DNA from: an uncultured Bdellovibrionales bacterium
GTDB lineage: Bacteria > Patescibacteriota > Minisyncoccia > Moranbacterales > UBA1568
DNA length: 63,126 bases
NCBI GenBank assembly: GCA_964579335.1
Contig: CAZOFS010000003.1
Coordinates: forward strand, 1 to 63,126
Direction of reading: 5' to 3'
Shown here: positions 8,708 through 14,947 of the stretch, piece by piece
Layout of the letters: each line of letters starts with the position of its first letter
Numbering within the stretch: the first letter of the stretch is position 1
The notes under the pieces: model-generated
What the model was told of the DNA's origin: nothing
What the model saw: the letters and a program-made list of their open reading frames with translations, nothing else
Databases searched by the model: none
Position numbers and translations under genes: made by a program

Positions 8708-9391
8708 TTGAAGTCTATGCATTCACTCATTCTCCTTCTCATTCGTCATAAAGAGTTTATCGTAACCACCTTGGTAGTGGTGACCTCGATTCTCTTTCTT
8801 GGTTACTTTAAGGAGAGTCAGCAGGTTAATCCCGAGCTCCAGGGACTGATCGTAGCAATAGCCGTTTTTTTGGTTATTCCTCTCTTCTATTGTAAACTGG
8901 TACTAGAGCGATCACTTTCGGCGCTTGGTTTTCAGCGAGGTAATCCGTGGGCGGGGATTGGCGGATCTGTCATCGCCTTGGGACTATCACTTGGAGCATT
9001 GTTTGTTCTTTGGAACTTCACCCCACTTCTTGAAGGGTATCGACTACCAGTGATTGTCGAAGAGCAGTTTCTCTTCTTTGTACTCTACGAACTTCTTTTG
9101 AGTGGTATCTTCCTTTTTCTCCTGGAGGTTTTCTTTCGTGGGATGGTGCTTCTCCTCTGGTTGCGTGATCTTGGCATTTGGGGAGTAGGGGTGCAGGCTC
9201 TCCTCTTTGGAGGAATTCTGTTCTTGAGTGGTGATATGGACAATGGGCTCAATCCTCAGACTTTGCCGCTTCTCCTCTTTGCTCCGTTTGCTGGACTGAT
9301 TGCCTACCAATCTCGATCACTCTGGTATAGCTTCGGTGCTTCTTGGTTTTTTGTGCTGATAGTGGACGCATTGGTGCTCATTTTACACTAG
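8708..9391 (+). CDS. Polytopic membrane protein with a distant CPBP (CAAX-protease)-like motif
   Basis: LLEVFFRGMV resembles CPBP motif 1, but only one Glu is present and the later catalytic His motifs are not evident. The start is TTG at 8708 or ATG at 8717. Confidence 0.3.
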   Translation: MKSMHSLILLLIRHKEFIVTTLVVVTSILFLGYFKESQQVNPELQGLIVAIAVFLVIPLFYCKLVLERSLSALGFQRGNPWAGIGGSVIALGLSLGALFVLWNFTPLLEGYRLPVIVEEQFLFFVLYELLLSGIFLFLLEVFFRGMVLLLWLRDLGIWGVGVQALLFGGILFLSGDMDNGLNPQTLPLLLFAPFAGLIAYQSRSLWYSFGASWFFVLIVDALVLILH

Positions 9392-9395
9392 CTGT

Positions 9396-12272
9396 ATGCT
9401 GACATTGTTTACAAAGAAACTCCTCCATTCTTTTTTAAGTGGACTCCTTGTTGTGGGGATGATGGTCCCGTCTCTTGCGCCTGTTCAAGCAGGTCTTTTT
9501 AGTACGCCAAAAATACCCAATCCTTCAGATTTTGCTTCAGATATGGAGCAACGGTACCATATCAATCCTGAAAATATTCAGGAGCAGGGGGAAACGCTCA
9601 ATGTGAGTGACAATAAGAAGGGTACGCCCCAGGTCTCTCTCTTTTTCACTCCCAGCGATCCGCAGGAGGGTCAGAAAATTACTGCACGGTCTTTCCCGAT
9701 CTATTTCGCTAGTGATTCGAGTGACATGTATTTCACCTGGTATCTCCAGCGTAGCGAATGTAAAAAGAACAACTCCCCATCAGGTACGGTCCGAGATCGG
9801 TGTGATTTGAATGGTGATGGCCGGGTTGGTATCGAAGATTGGAAAATAGAGGCAGCCCGTATCATTGCCACTGATGGGTACGACGCCAACTTTACGAGCT
9901 ATACGAGTGATAGTGATAATGATGGGTATCAAGCCCGGTTCGGTGGTAATAGTCGAGTGAATGTACCCAACTACTGTTACTATCACGACAATACTTCTGG
10001 TGAAAACTACGAAATCGTAGAAGATGTTGGTGACACCACCTTTGATGGATGTACCAATGGGGAGGCGGTCTGTATGGAGGGAACAGTTTCGGTTGATCCT
10101 GGTGAGATTAGTGCTAGTGCGAGTGGAGGGAGTTCGAGTGCTGGAGGGGACACCTTTGAGGTCAATAGTGAAAATGATACTGTGACGGGATATCCCTATT
10201 GTGATGCCTCGGGAGTGATTGGTTGTATTAATGGGACGCCCTGTTGTGTGGGTAATGCTGTGACTGCTACCAATTGCACCGTTGATATTACTGGTACTAC
10301 CTGTAGCGCTTCATCGAGCGGGAGTAGTAATCCAGTTTGTAAACACCTTTTCGCGAAGCCGTCAGGCTTTACCAGTGGTGATGGAAGTTTTGGTGCTGGA
10401 GAAGAAGCATTCTGGCAAACTGATCCAAATGATCCTAATACCTCTGATAATGGCAACAAGGATGAGGCCAATGTCGTTGGCTTGGGTCAGGAAAGCTTTA
10501 CGTGGAATTATAGTCCGGGAGATAAGGTTGGGGTAGTGATCGAAGGAGTGTCAATGAATCCTACTAAACACGATGACTCGTCCAACATGATCATGTGGGG
10601 ATTTTCCAAGAACACCTGTGATTATCGGAAATTTGATGCCAATACAGGAACCTACCAGAAAAATATTCGTGGTTACAATGTATCTATTCAAACTATTGAT
10701 CTCAACCTCAATGATTGTCTAGAGGATAACTTGGTGGATCCACTCGAGGGTGGGCAAGCGACTGGTCTCGAAGTTGATCTTCAGGCTACTCCCGATAACC
10801 CCATTAACGACGGGTCAGGGGGCAATAGTGGGGATACGGTTTCAGTGATAGCCAATATCAATAACTCAGCTCAGGAACTTCAGAGTACGTACTTTGATTG
10901 GAAAGTATATCTTTCTCGGGATGGGACTCCCAATCCGTCAGCTGGTGGTTGGGAGAATATCACTCCCTGGTTGAGTGCTGAAAGTCGTAAGTTTCTTTCT
11001 CAATATAAGGGTAATGGCCTAGGATCTATCTCAGTAGCACTCAATTTTAAAGACTCTGCTCGTTCGGAAGATTTTATAGGAGGGAGACCTTTGAGTTCAT
11101 ATACTCCCAGTGGAGTAGGATACCTCAAGTTCCAGGTAGACGTAGCTGAGAATTTTAACCCTTCAGGTACGGCGAGTAGGCGAGGGAAAAGCGATGTGAT
11201 TGTTAAGTTTACCTCAACCTCTGATCGAATCGGAGCCTATATCGTTGACATCAGTGGTGACCCAGCCAGACTTAGTCTAACCAATAAAGAAATATGTAGT
11301 GGTACGGTCAATCCAGCTGATACTCAGGAAAAACAAATTCTCACGAAGCTCGATGCAAAGCTTTGTCGGGTAATTAAAAATGAAATTATTGGACTTAAAG
11401 TGGTTTCTCCCGAAGGATCATTGTCTAACTTTAGTTGGACTATCAATGGTCTGCCTCTCGTCTGTAATACACAGGTGTCAGCTAGTTGTCCTAGTGATAC
11501 TCAAGGAGCTATTAACTTCTTTCCTATTATTGGAAATGTTGGAGATGTCTTTACGATTACTGTATCTGGGACCAAAGCCTCCTATGCTGATGGAAGGATA
11601 AGTGGCGAAAGTACCCCGGCTCTTTCTGGGAAAGCCATCACCTTATCTCGTTCTTTCAAAATCGTTGAGCCAGGAGTGTCAATTGAAACAGCTGATGAAA
11701 ACCAGGCTTGGCCAAAAATTCTGGGGAGATATACCGATCCATCGACGGGCCAAACCTATCCAGACCTTAGCAAAACCACTCTCCAGGCTTTTGCCGGTTC
11801 AGTGGTTAGATTAAAAGCCACCTTTACCCCAGATTTTCTTGGATCTTTTACTCCACCACAGGTAGAGCGATCTTGGGCAGTTGATTCAGAAGGTGTGGGC
11901 GATGGATCGAGCAATGAGATATCGTTTGCCACTTTGAAAGAGCCAGGCGAGATTTACAATGTCACGCTGACTTCGGTGTACCGACCAAGTACGCTTACAC
12001 GCAAGGCCCTTCTCGATATATGGAATATCTCGAGTCTCGACACGACAGAAATGTATTTCAAGACCGAAACACAGCTTGAGCATCCAGAGCAAATAGATCT
12101 CGCTCAAGCAGGGACAAATAAATATCTCGCTCTCCTCTCGAGTTACCTCCCAGCACCGCTGCTCTTCTCTATCCGTATCTTTCTCTCAGTTGGACTCATC
12201 ATCTTTGTCACTGGGTTTCTCTTTGCTCTCATTCCCAATGCCCCAGCTCGTTTCGAGCGTTTCCGGCATTAG
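9396..12272 (+). CDS. Large exported Cys-rich surface protein with a C-terminal membrane anchor
   Basis: N-terminal signal-like LLHSFLSGLLVVGMMVPSLAPVQA, a dockerin/EF-hand-like loop DLNGDGRVGIEDW, and a Cys-rich block around aa 190-320. A C-terminal hydrophobic helix is followed by a basic tail (FLFALIPNAPARFERFRH). It is the last gene of the cluster. Confidence 0.7.
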   Translation: MLTLFTKKLLHSFLSGLLVVGMMVPSLAPVQAGLFSTPKIPNPSDFASDMEQRYHINPENIQEQGETLNVSDNKKGTPQVSLFFTPSDPQEGQKITARSFPIYFASDSSDMYFTWYLQRSECKKNNSPSGTVRDRCDLNGDGRVGIEDWKIEAARIIATDGYDANFTSYTSDSDNDGYQARFGGNSRVNVPNYCYYHDNTSGENYEIVEDVGDTTFDGCTNGEAVCMEGTVSVDPGEISASASGGSSSAGGDTFEVNSENDTVTGYPYCDASGVIGCINGTPCCVGNAVTATNCTVDITGTTCSASSSGSSNPVCKHLFAKPSGFTSGDGSFGAGEEAFWQTDPNDPNTSDNGNKDEANVVGLGQESFTWNYSPGDKVGVVIEGVSMNPTKHDDSSNMIMWGFSKNTCDYRKFDANTGTYQKNIRGYNVSIQTIDLNLNDCLEDNLVDPLEGGQATGLEVDLQATPDNPINDGSGGNSGDTVSVIANINNSAQELQSTYFDWKVYLSRDGTPNPSAGGWENITPWLSAESRKFLSQYKGNGLGSISVALNFKDSARSEDFIGGRPLSSYTPSGVGYLKFQVDVAENFNPSGTASRRGKSDVIVKFTSTSDRIGAYIVDISGDPARLSLTNKEICSGTVNPADTQEKQILTKLDAKLCRVIKNEIIGLKVVSPEGSLSNFSWTINGLPLVCNTQVSASCPSDTQGAINFFPIIGNVGDVFTITVSGTKASYADGRISGESTPALSGKAITLSRSFKIVEPGVSIETADENQAWPKILGRYTDPSTGQTYPDLSKTTLQAFAGSVVRLKATFTPDFLGSFTPPQVERSWAVDSEGVGDGSSNEISFATLKEPGEIYNVTLTSVYRPSTLTRKALLDIWNISSLDTTEMYFKTETQLEHPEQIDLAQAGTNKYLALLSSYLPAPLLFSIRIFLSVGLIIFVTGFLFALIPNAPARFERFRH

Positions 12273-12290
12273 GCTCGTAGCAATATACAA

Positions 12291-12319
12291 AAAATCTCCC
12301 TACTAGAGGGAGATTTTTT
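12291..12319 (+). terminator. Rho-independent terminator of the T4SS-like cluster
   Basis: AAAATCTCCCT-ACTAG-AGGGAGATTTT stem-loop followed by a T-run. Confidence 0.8.
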
Positions 12320-12378
12320 AACTGAGCTTATTTTCCTTCTAGTACCGCGAGAGACCCTCCTTTGCCAAAGCTTCAGAC

Positions 12379-12404
12379 AGGCAGGCCCGCCTGCCTCTGG
12401 CGGG
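12379..12404. repeat. GGCAGG-family GC-rich hairpin (AGGCAGG-CCCG-CCTGCCT, overlapping CCCGCC...GGCGGG)
   Basis: 7-bp stem read directly. It shares the motif GCAGGCGGGC (minus strand here) with 12787-12796. Confidence 0.6.
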
Positions 12405-12568
12405 GACTCGCCCTAGTAGTAGAACAAGTTTACTACGGGGTAAAAACTCTCATATGATTGCTTTTGTTATTTCAATCAGACCCAGTGTGTCCATACTGAA
12501 ATATTTTGTGGGCAAGAGAGGACTCGAACCTCCATGGATTGCTCCACCAGTTCCTAAGACTGGCGCGT

Positions 12569-12707
12569 CCCGTCACTCATTTAGTAGTGCTGCAGGAGAG
12601 ACTCGAACTCTCATGGGATTACTCCCGCTAGCTCCTAAGGCTAGTGCGTATACCAATTCCGCCACTGCAGCAAATTTCATTTTGTGTCACATATTATGAG
12701 TGACGGG
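12569..12707. repeat. 12-bp inverted repeat pair (CCCGTCACTCAT 12569-12580 / ATGAGTGACGGG 12696-12707) bracketing the intact tRNA-Leu
   Basis: Exact reverse complements read directly. They enclose tRNA-Leu 12588-12671 plus short spacers. Confidence 0.8.
12588..12671 (-). tRNA. tRNA-Leu (anticodon UAG), intact, no encoded CCA
   Basis: GCTGCAG/CTGCAGC acceptor stem, 3-bp D stem, anticodon loop CTTAGGA, long variable arm CGGGAGTAATCCCAT, T arm GAGAG-TTCGAGT-CTCTC, discriminator A. Confidence 0.9.
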
Positions 12708-12816
12708 GTGAATCTACCAACCTGCCCCGCACCAAGCGTAGCTTCGGTGCTGGGGTTCCCTGCCCGTAATGCTACGCATAAGCGTTGCAGGCGGGCGCCA
12801 CTTGCCCATTCTATCC

Positions 12817-13164
12817 TTAAGCGAGGAGGGTAATACCCCCAACACTCTGTTCTATCCGACCCAACTCCTCCTTGAGGGCCCCGTCGTTCTCGTACTCACC
12901 GTGATGACGGGTGTCTTTGCCATAGGTCTCACGTTTCTGATCGAGATGAAGACTAAAGACATATTTCCCACTCTCTATTTTGACATAACAGTGAAAGCGG
13001 GGAAATCCAGCCCGAGCCAGTGGCCGGACAAAGCTTTGCTCGCCATTTTCCTGGTATTGAAAAATGTATCCCAGCCGGCGCATGAGAGTGGTAGCATTGT
13101 CGGTTTGAGAGGTGAGGGTAAAGCGCATAAGCATTAGGAACATGAAACTTGAAACATGAAACAT
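12817..13164 (-). CDS. Small conserved-looking hypothetical protein (His-rich motifs FHCYVKI, LHLDQK, HHGEY)
   Basis: The ORF is on the same strand as the flanking tRNAs and cca. The start is uncertain: the first ~12 codons translate a heptamer array, and Met11 or Met13 are alternatives. Confidence 0.5.
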   Translation of the reverse strand: MFHVSSFMFLMLMRFTLTSQTDNATTLMRRLGYIFQYQENGEQSFVRPLARAGFPRFHCYVKIESGKYVFSLHLDQKRETYGKDTRHHGEYENDGALKEELGRIEQSVGGITLLA

Positions 13165-13168
13165 GGGG
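13141..13168. repeat. Heptamer-periodic array CATGAAA-CTTGAAA-CATGAAA-CATGGGG
   Basis: Four consecutive 7-nt units. The minus strand reads ATGTTTC-type units like the right arm of the cca insert at 14418-14445. Confidence 0.65.
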
Positions 13169-13214
13169 GACAGAAGAGTGATTGTGCGCCTTTACTCTCA
13201 CACCAATGCTCTTG

Positions 13215-13285
13215 TCGGGGTGCCGGGAATTGAACCCGAATTACATGCACCCGAAGCATGTGTAATGCCGTTATACCACACCCCG
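13215..13285 (-). tRNA. tRNA-Pro (anticodon CGG), no encoded CCA
   Basis: CGGGGTG/CACCCCG acceptor stem, anticodon arm CATGC-TTCGGGT-GCATG, T arm TCGGG-TTCAATT-CCCGG, discriminator A. It has a short D region and is 71 nt long. Confidence 0.8.
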
Positions 13286-13289
13286 AAGC

Positions 13290-14846
13290 TTAGGAAACGT
13301 GGTGAGCACTTTTGATATCCTGATCGTCTTCCGTCCGTTTCTCATCAATCCGCTCCCGGGCGAGGTCACGCAAGACATCCAAATCAGTATCCATCAACTC
13401 CCTGGCTCGGTCAAGGAGTGTATCTCGTTTATTTTTCTCCGCATCTTCGATCACCTCGGCCAAGAGACAGTCGAGGATAGCCCCGATCTTGGGTCCTGGC
13501 TGGAGCTTCAGTTCCTGCATGAGTTCAGCACCATTCACCTGGAGCATTTTGACAGAAACTGCATCCTGAGAAACCTTGTCAATCATGTACTCAAGGTGGC
13601 GGAGTTTGTACGGCTTGGCCTTGGGGACACCGGAGCCGAGGCGATCACCAATCCGGACTGCCATGAGATCATCCATGTTTTCGAGTCCCACTCGTCGGAG
13701 GAGTCGCCGAACACTGGCCTCAGTCACTTCCCCCACATTGTAGTAGAAGAGATGATTATCAACGAGCATACTCGCATGCGCCACTACTTTCTTGGGATAA
13801 CGTAGTCGTTCGAGTACGCGCTTGGTGACTCTGGCCCCAGCATGATCATGGTTGTAAAACGTCGCACGGTAGCCCTCACCGCGCTTGGTTTCGGGTTTGG
13901 CGATATCGTGCATGAGGGCCGCGAGTCTGACGGAAAGCTTGTCTGAGGGACAAGTCTCGAGAGCTCGTAGGTTATGCTCCCAGACAGTGTAAATGTGATG
14001 CAGATTCTGCGTGACGCCAATTCCACGCTCGAGTTCAGGGAGGAAGTATCCGAGGGCGCCCGCCTCATGAAGGAGTTCGATGCCTTGGCGTGGGTGAGGC
14101 GATAGGATGATGCGAGAAAACTCATCACGAATCCGTTCGATGGAAAGAGCACCAATACGGCTCGCAAGCTTGGCGAGCGCAGCCCAGGTGGTGGGTTCGA
14201 TAGTCCAGTCGAGACGCTCGGTTTTCCAGGTGCCACTAGAGAGCTCGGTTACGAGCCGGATAGCACGAAGGATGCGTAGGGCATCTTCACCAAACCGCTC
14301 CTCGGGATTCCCTACCGCCCGGATGATTTTACTCTTGAGATCGGCTTGGCCATGGAAGGGATCAATAATATTCATGGAGCATGGAGCATGGAGCATGGAG
14401 CTGGTATTTTTGGTAGTATGTTCTATGCTGTATGCTTCATGTTTTACGATCTTGGCGGCCATTGCATTGATGGTGAAATCCCGACGAGCGAGATCTTCTT
14501 CAATGGTTTTGACAAAGGTTACTTGGTCCGGATGACGTTGATCACTGTAGCTAGATTCGGATCGATACGTGGTAACTTCGACAATATCAGTATCATGTGA
14601 TCCTGGTGTATTTTTGAGAAAACGCGGCGTTTTGACTCCGACAGTTCCAAACTCATTCTTATAGACAGAATCAGTGAACAGTTTTTGGATTTCCTCTGGC
14701 TTCGCATTAGTAGTGATATCCCAGTCCTTAGGTTCGCGCCCCATGAGGATGTCTCTAAGCGAACCACCTACCACAAAAGCCTCAAAACCATTGGTTTCGA
14801 GGGTGCGGAGGATAGTTAAGACTGGTTGAGGGAGAAGTACTTGCAT
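13290..14846 (-). CDS. cca: CCA-adding tRNA nucleotidyltransferase with HD domain
   Basis: VVGGSLRDILMGREPKDWDITT, RRDFTINAMA, DPFHGQADL, EDALRILRAIR and the HD motif HDIAKP are present. About 23 extra residues lie between NAMA and IIDPF. Confidence 0.85.
   Translation of the reverse strand: MQVLLPQPVLTILRTLETNGFEAFVVGGSLRDILMGREPKDWDITTNAKPEEIQKLFTDSVYKNEFGTVGVKTPRFLKNTPGSHDTDIVEVTTYRSESSYSDQRHPDQVTFVKTIEEDLARRDFTINAMAAKIVKHEAYSIEHTTKNTSSMLHAPCSMNIIDPFHGQADLKSKIIRAVGNPEERFGEDALRILRAIRLVTELSSGTWKTERLDWTIEPTTWAALAKLASRIGALSIERIRDEFSRIILSPHPRQGIELLHEAGALGYFLPELERGIGVTQNLHHIYTVWEHNLRALETCPSDKLSVRLAALMHDIAKPETKRGEGYRATFYNHDHAGARVTKRVLERLRYPKKVVAHASMLVDNHLFYYNVGEVTEASVRRLLRRVGLENMDDLMAVRIGDRLGSGVPKAKPYKLRHLEYMIDKVSQDAVSVKMLQVNGAELMQELKLQPGPKIGAILDCLLAEVIEDAEKNKRDTLLDRARELMDTDLDVLRDLARERIDEKRTEDDQDIKSAHHVS
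14373..14445. repeat. In-frame heptamer-periodic imperfect palindrome inside cca
   Basis: (CATGGAG)x4 at 14373-14400, then ATGTTCT-ATGCTGT-ATGCTTC-ATGTTTT at 14418-14445. The arms match 19/24 as an inverted repeat, and 4 of the 5 mismatches are G-T. Confidence 0.75.
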
Positions 14847-14947
14847 AGAAAGAGGAGAGCGAGAGCAAAGAACTTCCTTCTTCCTGAACCGGGATGGGTT
14901 CGTGGTTATACAAAAGCTCTTCCCCTCACTCTACCAAGCTATATAGT

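Larger units (their letters stand above)
12509..12807 (-). tRNA. Interrupted (three-piece) tRNA-Leu(UAG) gene, possibly a pseudogene
   Basis: Minus strand: 12807-12796 GGGCAAGTGGCG, 12724-12713 CAGGTTGGTAGA, and 12567-12509 CGCG-CCAGT-CTTAGGA-ACTGG-TGGAGCAATCCAT-GGAGG-TTCGAGT-CCTCT-CTTGCCC-A. Joined, the pieces form a well-formed 83-nt type II tRNA. Confidence 0.55.

Noticed and set aside
8708-9391. Active CPBP/CAAX intramembrane protease
   Set aside because: Only a partial motif 1 (EVFFRG) is present. The second Glu and the His motifs could not be found, so an enzymatic call is not supported and the gene is kept as a membrane protein with a distant resemblance.
12509-12671. tRNA 3'-fragment as the attR/attL direct repeat of an integrated conjugative element carrying the T4SS-like cluster
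   Set aside because: The partial tRNA (12509-12567) is not a copy of the intact neighbour. The acceptor, T-arm and variable-arm sequences differ, and its missing 5' parts are found 150-240 nt away. It is therefore an interrupted gene, not an integration duplicate. No integrase is in the window.
12454-12699. 81-aa plus-strand ORF
   Set aside because: It lies entirely across the minus-strand tRNA-Leu genes, so it is an artefact of tRNA sequence.
12568-12795. Group I (or group II) self-splicing intron in tRNA-Leu
   Set aside because: Known bacterial tRNA-Leu group I introns sit in the anticodon loop and are over 200 nt with characteristic P3-P8 cores. These inserts are in the D-loop, are 71 and 145 nt long, and one is mostly a tRNA.
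12769-13137. 122-aa plus-strand ORF antisense to 12817..13164
   Set aside because: The minus-strand frame has conserved-looking His motifs and matches the orientation of the flanking tRNAs and cca. The plus frame looks like low-information antisense sequence. Confidence in either frame is only moderate.
14373-14445. CRISPR-like or minisatellite array
   Set aside because: The units are 7 nt with no spacers and lie inside a coding region. This is a heptamer-periodic palindrome, not a CRISPR array.
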